Assembly: GCA_030390025.1 (NCBI GenBank)
Contig: CM059432.1
Span: 64,606,001 to 64,670,000, forward strand
Direction of reading: 5' to 3'
Length of the DNA stretch: 64,000 bases
Source of the DNA: Squalus acanthias
Lineage: Eukaryota
Positions 1 through 11,850 of this stretch are shown piece after piece. Within the stretch, counting starts at the first letter, position 1; every line of letters begins with the position of its first letter. The notes under the pieces were generated by a model, which saw only the letters and a program-made list of their open reading frames with translations, ran no database searches and was not told the DNA's origin. The position numbers were made by a program, and so were the translations under genes.

Positions 1-259
1 TGTCAAGAATACAATCTGCATATGCAGATAAAGAAACGTGCAGGTTACGAGTATTCTTTATAACACATGACAGTCCTCTAGTCTATGTGTGTCTCCCAGC
101 TACCACAGGTCCCAGATTTACTGGAGGAGGCACCAAGCTACTAGAAAACTCCAGTTTGCCTGTTGGTAACCCAATACCAATCATCCAGGTAATTCCGTAC
201 TAGGGTCAACTTTGTGACATTGACCAGGAGCTTCCTCGAAGCTGCTTCTGCAGTGACGC

Positions 260-2238
260 GGAGATGCCGGTGTTGGACTGGGGTGGACAAAATTGAGAGG
301 TCGCACAACACCAGGTTATAGTCCAACAGTTTTATTTGAAATCACAAGCTTTCGGAGCTATCGATTTGCTCCTTCCTCAGGTGAAGTAAATTAGATACAG
401 AATCTCCAAAGCATATATAGATGGAAAACAAAGCATGTGTACTTTACAATTGCAGACCAATAAATTAAATCATCCTGACTATCTGCCGAGGTGTGATAAA
501 GTTAATTAAGTCAGCCAGGAAGGTACCACATCAAAGACATAGCAAGATACAACTGAGACAATGAGGTGTAGTCGCAGGGGTTCTAACGTGTCAAAAGCTG
601 CCGTCTGTATGTAAAACGAAAAGCTTTAACATTTTTTTACTTTTTTACTGGGAAAATTTTTACTTTTTTACTGGGAATCACATCTGTGAACAAGCTAACG
701 ACGACTCGAGTCCGGATCACGTCATGTATCATGACATAAACCCAAGATCCCGATTGAGACCGTCTTCATGAGTGCGGAACTTGGCTATCAGTTTCTGCTC
801 GATGATTTTGCGTTGTCGTGTGTTTCTAAGGTTGCCTTGGAGAACGCTTACCCGCAGATCCGAGGCTGAATGTCCTTGACTGCTGAAGTGTTCCCCGACT
901 GGGAGGTAACAATCCTGCCTGGCGATTGTTGCGCGGTGCTCGTTCATACGTTGTCTCAGTGTCTGCATGGTCTCGCCGATGTACCATGCCGCGGTGCATT
1001 CTTTCCTGCAACGTATGAGGTAGACAACGTTGGCCGAGTCACATGAGTATGTACCATGTACCTGGTGGGTAGTGTCCTCACGTGTGATGGTGGTATCTGT
1101 GTTGATGATCTGGCATGTCTTGCAGAGTTTGCCATGGCAGGGTTGTGTGGTGTCGTGGTCGCTGTTATCCTGAAAGCTGGGTAATTTGCTGCGAACGATG
1201 GTACTTCTGAGGTTAGGCGGCTGTTTGAAGGCAAGTAGTGGAGGCGTGGGGATGGCCTTAGCGAGGTGTTTGTCGTCATCGATGACATGTTGAAGGCTGC
1301 GAAGAACATGGCGTAGTTTCTCCGCTCCGGGGAAGTACTGGACGACGTAGGGTACCCTGTTGGTTGTGTCCCGTGTTTGCCTTCTGAGGAGGTCTATGCG
1401 ATTTTTCGCTGTGGCCCGTCGGAACTGTCGATCGATGAGTCGAGCGTCATATCCCGTTCTTACGAGGGCATTTTTCAGCGTCCGTAGGTGTCCATCGCGT
1501 TCCTCCTCGTCTGAGCAGATCCTGTGTATTCGCAGGGCTTGTCCATAGGGGATGGCTTCTTTAACATGGTTAGGGTGGAAGCTGGAGAAGTGGAGCATCG
1601 TGAGGTTGTCCGTGGGCTTGCGGTAGAGTGAAGTGCTGAGGTGTCCGTCTTTGATGGAGATTCGTGTGTCCAGGAATGAGACTGATTCTGAGGAGTAGTC
1701 CATGGTGAGTTTGATGGTGGGATGGAACATGTTTATGTTATCGTGTAGTCTTTTCAGTGATCCTTCGCCATGGGTCCAAAGGAAGAAAATGTCGTCGATG
1801 TATCTGGTATACAGCGTTGGCTGGAGGTCCTGTGCAGCGAAGAAGTCTTGCTCGAACTTGTGCATGAAGATGTTGGCGTATTGGGGTGCGAATTTGGTCC
1901 CCATGGCTCTTCCGTGTGTTTGGGTAAAAAAATGGTTGTCGAAGGTGAAGACATTGTGGTCAAGGATGAAGCGGATGAGTTGTAGGATGGCGTCTGGAGA
2001 TTGGCTGTTGTTGATGTTGAGTACTGAGGCTGTTGCAGCGATGCCGTCATCGTGGGGGATACTGGTGTAGAGTGCCGATACGTCCATCGTGGCAAGGAGT
2101 GTTCCTGGTTCAACTGGTCCGTGGGTGCTGAGTTTCTGTAAGAAGTCTGTAGTGTCGCGACAGAAGCTGGGGGTTCCCTGTACGATGGGTTTCAGAATGC
2201 CCTCGACGTATCCAGAGAGGTTCTCACACAGGGTTCCA
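260..2238 (-). mobile_element. Penelope-like retroelement (Neptune-type), 5'-truncated, with 3' UTR/pLTR
   Basis: Flanked by a 14-bp direct repeat TTCTGCAGTGACGC (246-259 and 2239-2252). Contains an RT + GIY-YIG ORF and a hammerhead-bearing 3' end. Confidence 0.92.
342..384 (-). ncRNA. Minimal type-I hammerhead ribozyme motif (Penelope family 1)
   Basis: Minus strand: UCAC-CUGAGGA-A-GGAGC(aaaucgaua)GCUCC-GAAA-GC-UU-GUGA. Conserved core, 5-bp stem II, 4-bp stem I, palindromic AAGCUU in place of stem III. Confidence 0.85.
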
Positions 2239-2240
2239 TT
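729..2240 (-). CDS. Penelope-like reverse transcriptase + GIY-YIG endonuclease (N-terminally truncated)
   Basis: RT motifs DVSALYTSI, GRAMGTKFAP, RYIDDIF. Cys-rich linker PCHGKLCKTC. GIY-YIG-type VVYLIRC...WYIGET...LRQRMNEH...GEHF and C-terminal GLNRD. About 500 codons without a stop. Confidence 0.92.
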   Translation of the reverse strand, partial: NGTLCENLSGYVEGILKPIVQGTPSFCRDTTDFLQKLSTHGPVEPGTLLATMDVSALYTSIPHDDGIAATASVLNINNSQSPDAILQLIRFILDHNVFTFDNHFFTQTHGRAMGTKFAPQYANIFMHKFEQDFFAAQDLQPTLYTRYIDDIFFLWTHGEGSLKRLHDNINMFHPTIKLTMDYSSESVSFLDTRISIKDGHLSTSLYRKPTDNLTMLHFSSFHPNHVKEAIPYGQALRIHRICSDEEERDGHLRTLKNALVRTGYDARLIDRQFRRATAKNRIDLLRRQTRDTTNRVPYVVQYFPGAEKLRHVLRSLQHVIDDDKHLAKAIPTPPLLAFKQPPNLRSTIVRSKLPSFQDNSDHDTTQPCHGKLCKTCQIINTDTTITREDTTHQVHGTYSCDSANVVYLIRCRKECTAAWYIGETMQTLRQRMNEHRATIARQDCYLPVGEHFSSQGHSASDLRVSVLQGNLRNTRQRKIIEQKLIAKFRTHEDGLNRDLGFMS

Positions 2241-3704
2241 CTGCAGTGACGCCAGTGGAGCGGGAGCAGCTCTGAGGAATTTCCCAGCCCTTTTTCCCTG
2301 TAAGTTGTCTCTAGGTGTTATACCACCTAATATGAAAAAAACAACATATTTGTTTGCATATTTTCTTCGATTTATTAGATAAACCACTTCATCTCTTTCT
2401 TTTGACATTTATTTCAAATACATTTATTTACAGGAACATTTAAGAGTAGATCCTACAATAGACACAAGACAGAATTAGGATATTTACAATTAGTAAACAT
2501 CAGTACAAAATGGCATATATAAGCAGACAGAAAGCATAAAAGAAATTTATTATGTGACTAGTTTATGTAACACTTTCAGACATTTAGCTGAAAATTATTG
2601 TTTGATTCTTACATGGAGGCACTTAATCTGAGTTAAAGGCTGAGACACTTCCACAGAGAGTGCCATAGAGAAACTGGGTATATCTTTATAAATTACTGCT
2701 GATCTAATAGATATATACATCTCTTCTGCTAATTATCTATCTGGGGAGTAGAGATTGCTCACCTTTATGCATATAAATAGCCAGAATGCTTTGTTGTTTC
2801 TACTCTAGTAGAATCCAACCGAACAGAGTAACCATTGATCAAACATTTCTGTTTCAGAAGAAAATATGTTTATCTAATCCTAGTATTGCTTTGCCTTCCA
2901 AGAACAGACTATGGTCTGGATTTTGTGGTATAAGTAATGGTAAGGCTATCAGGGTTCACCGTTACTGAAGAATAAATTGGACAGCAACTTCCGGTGATCG
3001 CACATGCGCAGTTAAACGCAGAAATCAGGAATTTGCTGTCCAAGTTGCCCTGCTCCTCCAGAAGCTGTGCTCTACCAGTATGGTGTGAAGTTGGGGTACT
3101 TAACGCGATAGATACCCACTAAATATGGCAGAAAAAGTTAGGTCTTGTCCATTCAAGTGTAAGTACATTTTTAATGGCGTGATCAATCTTAATTGCTGCC
3201 AAACAACCTCTCTAGCACTGAAAATTAACTTTTACAAGTGTGGAGTATCATTGCTTCAGATTTTAGTTATTGTTGGAGTTTTTAAAAAATGTAAATAAAA
3301 ATGTTTTGTTTTACTTTATCTTTCTGTCTCTTTAATCTCATCTCTTAATCCTATCTTTCTTTCCCTCTCTTTGGGCTTAATTTTGACTTTGCCGTCGGGA
3401 TGCGTGCAGGGGGGCCCATGGATAGCATTGGGAACCCAGAAGTTGAAGCGACACGTCTTGCAGTGGCTTTTTAACAAAGCCATTGCAATTGAATCAGACT
3501 TCCGGGTTTCCTGACCAATTAACAGGAGTGGGTGTGATGACGTCACGGATGTCTCAACTTCAGCTGAGCCTTTTAAAGGAGCAATGCACAGATAACAGTT
3601 GAAGGTTGGTGGAGGTGCAAGAGAGGTTGTTGGGGCAGAGAGTGGATTATGTAAATAATAAGTTGCTTGTTGGTAAATAAATTTATACTGCTTGATAATC
3701 AAAA

Positions 3705-5580
3705 ATGCAGGCTCAGCGCCAAAAAGCTGCCCCGAGATTCAGTGATGCCTCCCTGGAAATCCTGCTCCAAGGAGTCAGGGCCTGCAAGGACATCCTGTTC
3801 CCTGGTGACGGGAGGAAGAGGTCAGCTGCCGCGATCAAGAGGGCATGGCTGGAGATCTTGGACGAAGTGAGCAGTCGGAGTGTGGTACCCAGGGCGTGGA
3901 TACAGTGCAGGAAGCGCTTGAAGGAACTCACGAGGTCAGGAAAGGTGAGTGCAAAGCCACATTGCCCTACATCCTGATGTGCGTGTCACCCCAAACCCCC
4001 TCACTCTGCCTTCCCAAGCCTACTCCTGCACGTCACTCCTCACATCAACCTAACTTGCAGGTGCGCCCATCCCTCACTATCTATGCACCTACTCACATCC
4101 CCACCTGACTATCCACCACTGACACTCACCCTCATCTTAATGAAATCATAGAATCATAGAAATTTACAGCACAGAAGGAGGCCATTCGGCCCAATGTCAC
4201 GCCTCTCCCTCATAGTCACCCTCAGCAAATGTTGCCCATCCATTCCTTACACTCATTTCATGATTCTCACTCAAAGGTCTCCTGTTTCCCTCCTTGCAGG
4301 AGAAGAAAGCACAGAGCACATGGGAGAGGCAGAGAACCGGAAGTGGCCCTCCAGTAATGACACCACTGACTGCAGCAGAGGAGGAGCCACTGGAGATCAG
4401 TGGAGTTGCGCAGCTGCTGGCAGTGGGAGATGGAGAGAGGGGGACCTCCCAGCTACCGGGTGACAGAATTAAATATCATACAGCCACATAGCATACAACA
4501 GTCACTCATGGTGACTCGATGTCAGCAGCCAGTGAAATATGATCATGCGCATAATGGTAACTTGAAACATTCTTATCATAACAGTTCTAATTCATGTCTT
4601 TACTCTCCCATGGGTCCATCAAGTGCTCCCCCACCCCCCCACCAACTGTCCAGCCAGAGGAGGAAGATGACTCCACAGAGGAGGCTGCGGCCTCAGAGAG
4701 TGCACCGTCACACGACCCATGCACACCCAGCACCAGTGCAGATACGCACACGTCGGTGGGTCCAGTGAGAGAGAGAGTAGTGTTGTCACCTGGTGTCTCA
4801 CAGATCACACGTGAGCAAGACCAGATGGTGGAGACAGGAACAGCAGCAGAGAGTCCTCATCGGAGGGCGCAGGATGCTCCAAGCTCTGCTCAGCTGGACA
4901 CAGATGCTGAACCTCAGGGGTCATCGACAAAGAGGATGATTCTTGAGGAGCAACAAAAAATGCGGGAGGCTCTGGCAGCTTTTCCAGCCGCAATATGCTC
5001 GATTGTAGGGAGAATGGAGGAGTCCATCTCCAACATGAGCAGCACCATGTCGCAGGCGATGGCGACGATGTGCTCATCCATGGAAAGGATGGCCACCTGC
5101 ATGGAGCATCAAATGCGCCAGTCAAACGAGAACATGCTTGCTGTGAACAACAGCTTGCAGACTCTGATTGCAGCCATATCTAGGATGGATAGAAACCTAG
5201 AGTTGGCACTGATGTGCAGCAAAATGCTCTCCAGCTCCTTGCTAGCAGGGAAGTGTGGGTGGGCCATGAGAAGGATGATGGTGAGAGAGGACATGGAAGT
5301 GGAGGCTCTGCTCAAAGCGCTCCCACTTCTCCCCTGTTGCTCTCCTCAGTCAGAGCCCCACATGCTGCCTCTGATCCCGATGGCCGAGTCTGCCCCTACA
5401 CAAGTGCAGGTGGAGCAGTTTTTGGCGGGGCCATCACAAGCTCCAAAACCCAGAGGATGTCTGCCAAGAGCATCTCAGCAGTCAAAGCAGGGATCTGAGC
5501 AGCCTGCCTCTACCTCTGCTGAAGCCACAGGGGTTGCAGCACATAGGAGTGGTAGGAACAGGAAGAATAGTCTTTATAGT
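3705..5580 (+). pseudogene. Harbinger Myb/SANT DNA-binding protein gene, three exons (3705-3944, 4300-4459, ~4612-5580)
   Basis: Exon 1 APRFSDASLEILL...AW..I...WIQCRKRLKEL ends AAG|GTGAGT. Exon 2 follows CCTTGCAG| and reads EKKAQ..ERQRTGSGPP. Exon 3 is acidic/coiled-coil-like and appears frameshifted near its end. Confidence 0.82.
4143..4193 (-). repeat. CR1 LINE extreme 3' tail fragment in Myb intron 1
   Basis: AATCATAGAATCATAG...GAAGGAGGCCATTCGGCCCA matches the CR1 tail at 59114-59170. Confidence 0.7.
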
Positions 5581-5859
5581 TGCACAAGGGTATGCACATG
5601 GGTGTCTGAGAAAATTGTGTCATCAGGTATCTTTTCTTTAGTTCAATCACGTACATTTTATTCTTTTGCGCCACTTTCCCGTCTTGCTCTTTGTTGGTTG
5701 CTGGGTGGCAAGTCACCTTTTAACTTGTTTGATGATTAATGGGAAGACATGAATTGACGGGGACAAATGGGGGGATGTGCAAGGGGTAGTTGGTTGTTTG
5801 CAGGACTGCTTTGTGTCAGTGGTATTGGGGGGCAGTGGGAGGAATGGCCGTTGTATGTG

Positions 5860-7093
5860 CTTCTGACATCATTCCACTGGTGCAACCTAAGTGAACCTTG
5901 CATTCATAAAGGCATCCCTGGCATCCCAGGCAGCAATGTGAGCAACTGTTGGTGCATTGCCCTCATCACCTTCCTCCTCCTCATCTTCGTCCTCCTCCTC
6001 CTCCTCGGAAACCTCCGCAGAGGATCTGCGTTCTGCGCCTTGTTCCTCCTACAGGTCCAAACCTCGCGGCTGCGCAATGTTGTGCAGAGCGCAGCACACC
6101 ACAACCATTCTGAAGACGCATACTGAAGGGCACCTCCAGATCTGTCTAGGTACCTGAAGTGAATCTTCAGCATGCCGGTGGCTTGTTCGATCACACATCT
6201 GGTTGTCATATGTCATTCATTGTAGCGCTCTTGAGCTTCATTGGTTGGGTTTCTGAGGGGTTTTATCAGCCAAGTTTGAAGTGGGTAGCCCCTGTCTCCT
6301 AGCAGTCACCCCTTAAATGTGCTTCTAGTTTCAAAGGTGTCAGGGAGCTTGGACTGTCGCAGGATGAAAGCATCATGGCAGCTCCCTGGGACTCTTGTGC
6401 ACACCTGTAGAAATAACTTTTTGTGGTTGTACTCCAGCTGCACATTGATGGAGTGGAAGCCCTTGCGGTTCAAAAATACTCCTGGGTGATCTGGGGGTGC
6501 GCAGATTGCCACATGTGTGCAGTCGGTGATGCCCTGCACCTGTGGGAAGCCAACCAGAGCTGCAAACCCAAGAGCCCACTCATTCTGACAGGTGTCATCC
6601 CAGGCGAAGTTCACATAATTGCGAACCCTGGCAAACAACCCATCAGTCATCTGTCTTAGGCATTTGTGAGCTGCCAACTGGGAGATCCTGGATATGTCTC
6701 CGGCAATACCCTGGAAGAATCCGGAATCAAAAAAGTTGAGGGCGGTGGTGACTTTGACAGCCACTGATAATGCGTGGCCACCAGGTCCAGCAGGCTGCAG
6801 GTCTTCTTCCAGCAGTCTGCAGATGTCTGCCACCACCTGACACGAGAACCTGAGCCTCCGGAAACACTGCTGTTCTGACGTGTCAAGGAAACTCAGCCTC
6901 TGCCTGTACACCCTGCGTTGCAGGTAGTGCCTCCTGCGAGCTGCACCCCTCTGCTGCTCCCCTCTTTGATGTCCAGTAGCAGCTCTCTGAACAGCAGCTG
7001 CTGCTGGTGCTGCTGGTGCTAGTGCTGGTGCTGGTGCTGGTCATATTGTTTCTCGTCTAAGGTCCAATCTAAGGCAGCCAAAGTGCCACCCAT
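5860..7093 (-). pseudogene. Harbinger DDE transposase (HARBI1-like fold), with stops and frameshifts
   Basis: Motifs QCFRRLRFS, GFPQVQGITDCTHV, NRKGFHSINVQ, PGSCHDAFIL, TRCVIEQATGMLK, and an acidic tail. Confidence 0.9.
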
Positions 7094-7689
7094 CCTGCTG
7101 TGATTCAGAAAACATCTAAAGTGTAGAAAGTAAACTCTCAGCAAAAGTACTGTGAAGAAACTCTTTCCCACTAGTAGGTAAGAATACAGCTGTGAGTGCT
7201 GAGTATTTGTTGCTGTATTGCCACGAGTTTGCATCAGCCCCTCAATTACCATTGTGTTCTTGCCTTGCTTTCACTGGTGAGTTTCAGGAAGCCCCGGAAA
7301 CCCTGGGAATTCTTGGAAATTCCAATAGCAAAGATGGGAAAATCTGCACCATGGGTTCTCCAGAACTGACCACAAAATCCAGGCCAATAACATATACAAT
7401 ACATCATCAAAATTTATATTCAATTAAATAATTGAACAGAAGCACCAATATGTAAACAATGGTCTCGAAATTTGACCGTGCGGCGCCTATTGTTCGTACG
7501 ATTATGGCCTCCTAAGACAGCCAATATGGCGGGCAAGAATCATATGCTCATTTTGAACCAGAAGTGTGCCGCCTGCCATAGGCAAAAAATAGGTTTCCAA
7601 GGCGCATGCCTGAAACAGGGTACAGTCACGGTGGAAGTAATATATAGCAGGGCATATGACCAGGATGGGGACCAGTTACCTAAATAAGA

Positions 7690-9752
7690 GTTCAGTACAT
7701 GAATGCATGTAGAAATACGAAATAAAATAAATCAATTAGAAGCACAAATTCTGCTTTAAGGGTATGATGTAGTAGTCATTACAGAGACCTGGCTACAAGC
7801 TGGGCATGATTGGCTATAGGATCCTTAGAAAGGCCAGGGAAATTGGGAAAGGAGAAGGAGCAGCAATATTAATAAAATACACAATTACAGCAGTGGAAAA
7901 AAAGGACTTCAGTAAAGGTGACCAGGCAGTGGAAACAGCATGGGCAGAAGTCAGGAAGAGTAAAGGATGCAAAGGGAGTTGTCCACTGACCACCTGACAG
8001 TAGTGATGTAGTGGTGGTTGTATAAATATGAAGATTAGGGAAGCATGTAGAAGATATAATGTAGTTATAATGAGAGATTTTAATTTTCACATAGACTGGA
8101 AGAAGCAGAATAGCTCAAGTATTATAGAAAATTAGTTTGTAGAAATGAATTTACCACAGCAAACTTGGTGAACTGTTAATAGTTAAACCTACAGAATCAG
8201 TAGGAATAATTCAAAGAAGTTTTTGGCACAATACAAAACCAGTACATAACCCTAAAAGGCTAAACCTTCACTCGTGCAGTTAAGCAGCCATGGTCATCGA
8301 AGGAGGTGAAAGGCAGTAGCAACCTAGGTTTACACAAAATGCAATGAAAAGCAGAAATCCAGCAGACTGGGAGAGCTATAAAAAGCAACCAAGAGATACA
8401 AAAGTAATAAAAGGTGCAAAAGGAGTTAAAAAATACAGCAAGGTAGATCAAAGCTAACAGTAGAATGTTTTTCATAAATATATTAAGAGAAAGAGAGTGG
8501 CAAGTGGGAATATAGGCTCATTAAAGACAGATTAAGGTGATACTATAATGGATAATAAGGAAATGGCAGGCTCGTTAAAAGAATACTTTGTATCCATTTT
8601 CACAGTGGAGGAAGAGGACAAAAAACCAGCAGTAAAGGGAACCTAAAAATAAGTCAAGGGAAGAATCTTCATATAATATAAGTAAGGATTTAATATAAGT
8701 AAGAAAATGGTAATGGAAAACACAATGGGATTAAGATAGAAAAATAACCAGGACCTGATGATTTCCACCCTAGGGCATTAAAACAAATAGGTGGAGAAAT
8801 TGCAGATGCCTTAGTCATAATTTTCCATTATGATGTTACAAGTGGTGTTCCCAGGGTACTGTACTGGAGTCTCAGCTTTTCACCATATAAATTAACGATT
8901 TGGATAAAAGAATAGAGAGTTGTATATCCAAGTTTTCAGATGACACTAAGTTAGGAGGCACAGTAAGTTATGTGGATGTTAGCAGAAAGTTATAAAGGGG
9001 CATAGATAGATTAAATGAGTAGGCAAAACTGTGGTAGATGGAGTTCAATGTGGGGAATTTCGTGATTTGGCTGTCCATGTACACAGATCACTAAACACTG
9101 CTGTACAGTTACAAAAAGTAATCACAAAGGCTAATGGAATGTTAACCTTTAGCTCAAAGCTGCGTGAATACAAAGGGAAGGAAGTTATTCTTCAGTTATA
9201 TGGATCTTTGGTGAGACCCCATCTAGAGTATGAGTTTTAGGCATTGCAATTCAGGAAAAATAGATTGGCCTCGGAGTGGGTATCGTGCAGATTCACCAGA
9301 ATGATATCAGGGCTTAAAGGGTTAAATAATGCGGCCAGGTTGCATAAACTTGGCTTGTATTCTCATGAGTTTAGAAGGTTGAGGGTGATCTAATTGGGGT
9401 GATTAAAATGATAAAAGGATTTGATAGACTAGATACAGAGAAGCTATTTTCTCTGGTGGGGGAATCCAGGACAAAGGGGCACAATCTTAAAGTTAGATCT
9501 ACACCATTTAGGAATGAAATAAGGAAGCACTTTTTCACACAAAGGGTGGTGGAAATCTGGAATTATCTGCTCCAAAAGGCTGTGGATGATGGGACAATTA
9601 AAATTTTCAAGGCTGAGAGCGACAGATTTTTATTAGATAAGGTTATCAAGGGTTATGAATCAAAGGTGGGTAAATGCAGTTGAGATACAGCCATGATCTA
9701 ATTGAATGATGGTACAGGCTTGAGCCGCTGCATGGCATACAACTGTTCCTAT
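7690..9752 (+). mobile_element. CR1 LINE, heavily degenerate with internal deletions
   Basis: Endonuclease remnants (ITETWL) and RT/3' remnants LYGSLVRPHLEY, HFFTQRVVEIWN. Confidence 0.85.
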
Positions 9753-9785
9753 GGAAGCTGGTGGAGCTGCGGTGTCTGAATCAAA

Positions 9786-10691
9786 GGGGGGAATTTTAAC
9801 CCAAAAAAACAGGTGGGTTGGGGTTGTGTAAGAAATTAAAATCCAGACCAGAATCCGCCTCCATCCTGCCCATTTCCGGTTCTAACAGAGGCGGGATGGG
9901 GGGGCGGGCAGCCAACCCTCTCCCAGGAAGCGGCTTGTCCATTTAAATATTGTAATGAGGCTGCCATGCCTCAGATTTAACCACCATTTTAAATTTAACT
10001 GTAGCTGATGGGGTTTTGCAGGCCTCGTGAAAGCCACCAGCTAATGGAAGGCGAGGACTGCTGGATCCAGGAGGTAAGTGCCTCTACACTCACCTCCTGG
10101 ATGCAGCATCCCTGCCTAACCTAAACCCCGCAATCGGAGAACCTCCCCCACAATGCCTCTGATCTTCCCCCAGGCCTACGATTCCCCCATGAGGCTTACA
10201 CCCGCCCCCATGCTCCTCCGGCCCTCAGGATGTCGTCTGCTTAGCCCACCCCCCCCACTCCCCAACCGTGTTCCTCCTGGGCCTCTGATGAAGCTCCGGA
10301 CCCCATCCCTCTGCTCCTCCAGCCCTTTGATCTGCTCCAAAATCACCACCCCCCTCCGCCCCTCCAGCCCTCCGATCTGCTCCGGAACCGCCCCCCCCCA
10401 CCCCAGCTCCTCCGGTCCTTCGATCTGCTCTGGAACCCCCCCCCCCCCCCCCGCTACTCCAGCCCTCCCCGTGTTCCTCCGGCCCCCACGTAATCCCTCC
10501 CTCCCTCCTCTCTGCAGCCGAATGCCGCAGGCCTAACCACCCACTGCCAGCCAGCCTCTCAATCTGGCAGCTGCGGGTGGGAAACAGAAGTTTCCCATGC
10601 AAATCAGGCCCTGCCGTTAAATTAAGCAGGGCCTGCAGGAAACTGGTTCTTTTCCCCGCCCCCAACCCTCCAAGCTATTAAAATTCAGGCC
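9786..10691. mobile_element. Harbinger-type MITE with internal C-rich minisatellite
   Basis: Ends GGGGGGAATTTTAA / TTAAAATTCAGGCC, AAA on both flanks, repeated CGATCTGCTCC units at ~10300-10460. Confidence 0.7.
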
Positions 10692-10796
10692 AAAGTGTTA
10701 AAAATCTCCCAGGCAGCCATTCAAAAGTTTCCAGCAATCTTTCATGTACAGAGAGCATCCTTTTTGAAAGTGAGAGATGTGAGTAGGGTTTCCTAC

Positions 10797-11002
10797 CTTA
10801 GCACCACTGGTGAAGTCATACAATTCCTTTTTGCACTGTACCCAGGTCCTGGAGCATATGCAGTCTGCATTGACATGATTAGTGATCTGTCAGTCTGTTG
10901 TTGAACTCGCTGTGAGACCAAGGGGAATAGGATGTCGCTCCTTTCCCCAACTTCCTCCACCAAAGTATCTACAGCCCCATCAAAAACTGAGCACCATGTC
11001 AT
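10797..11002 (-). pseudogene. Old Harbinger Myb/SANT exon-1 relic
   Basis: VFDGAVDTLVEEVGERSDILFP then, frameshifted, RTWVQCKKELYDFTSGAK|GTAGG. Same layout as the other exon-1 copies. Confidence 0.65.
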
Positions 11003-11217
11003 GCCTTCGACTGCTGGAAGACATGTTAGCGAAGATCCTCCACCTTGATCACCCTCTTTGTCCAGATGAAGTTCACTGCTTCTGTAAGATGCTGCAGGCC
11101 TTTAAGACCACGAGCTTAGATCACAGAGCTATACATCAAAGGATAATAGCCAATCATTCATCCTTTCTCATATGCCTCAATTAAAACCACCTCCCTAGGA
11201 TGTCTGATTCTTTGATC

Positions 11218-11850
11218 TGTTTCAGAGAATTTGACCAACTAGTGAAGGGAAAATCTGTTTAAACATCCGTCACAACAAGAAGAACTTAATGATGGCTAAA
11301 CCACATTAACTGCTAGCTGAGAAACAGGAACATTAGCCAACATTATCTGTCAGACAAAGGCAGCTGGTAACCAAGGACAAATCTAGGGTTACTATGGGAT
11401 CACCAGAACGGTTGTAGTACAGTCTTGAGATAAGACACCATTAAACTGCAACAAGTGACATGCATGATGAAGTAACCCCTCTAAACTTTGAACCAACCAT
11501 TAACAACAAGGGGTATAGGCATGCTTGAAGGAACCAATCATTGAGATGTGCATGTGAGAATCACGAAGGAAATGTGGACACAAAGAATATAAGAACTAAT
11601 ACAATATCTAGCTTTTTCACTGCTGATGGCTAGGACAGGTGGCGGCTCCTAGTCTAATGTAAAGATGATGTCTAAAGATTCAACAGACTTTGAGTGATCA
11701 GTGGTTTGGCCACTTGAAGACTCCAGGAAATGCCTAGTTTTGTTTCTTATTTAATCTGTGTATTAGCAGTTAAATAAAGATAATCTCTGTGAGAAATAGT
11801 GTATGTGTTTCTGTTAAGGCAGATTCAAGTCCATGAACCCTACTCTAACA
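11218..11850 (+). mobile_element. Possible solo LTR
   Basis: TGT start (uncertain), CCAAT and TATA-like motifs, AATAAA at ~11773, ends CTCTAACA. No TSD found. Confidence 0.35.

Larger units (their letters stand above)
2913..7385. mobile_element. PIF/Harbinger DNA transposon, near full length, decayed (H1)
   Basis: 17-bp TIRs GGTCTGGATTTTGTGGT (2913-2929) and ACCACAAAATCCAGGCC (7369-7385), 16/17 match. Contains convergent Myb/SANT and transposase genes. Confidence 0.9.

Noticed and set aside
2241..2408. N-terminal ~56 aa of the 559-aa ORF as part of the Penelope protein
   Set aside because: It lies outside the TSD and is chance read-through from flanking DNA; the element is 5'-truncated.
4594..5739. 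381-aa ORF as a standalone host gene
   Set aside because: It sits between Harbinger TIRs as exon 3 of the Myb gene and appears to drift out of frame near its end.
5860..7093. Domesticated HARBI1 (or NAIF1/MSANTD for the Myb copies)
   Set aside because: Multiple copies, TIRs, stops and frameshifts indicate transposon relics, so no gene symbol is assigned.
10153..10665. Pro-rich and Gly-rich ORFs on both strands
   Set aside because: They are translations of a C-rich minisatellite within a MITE.
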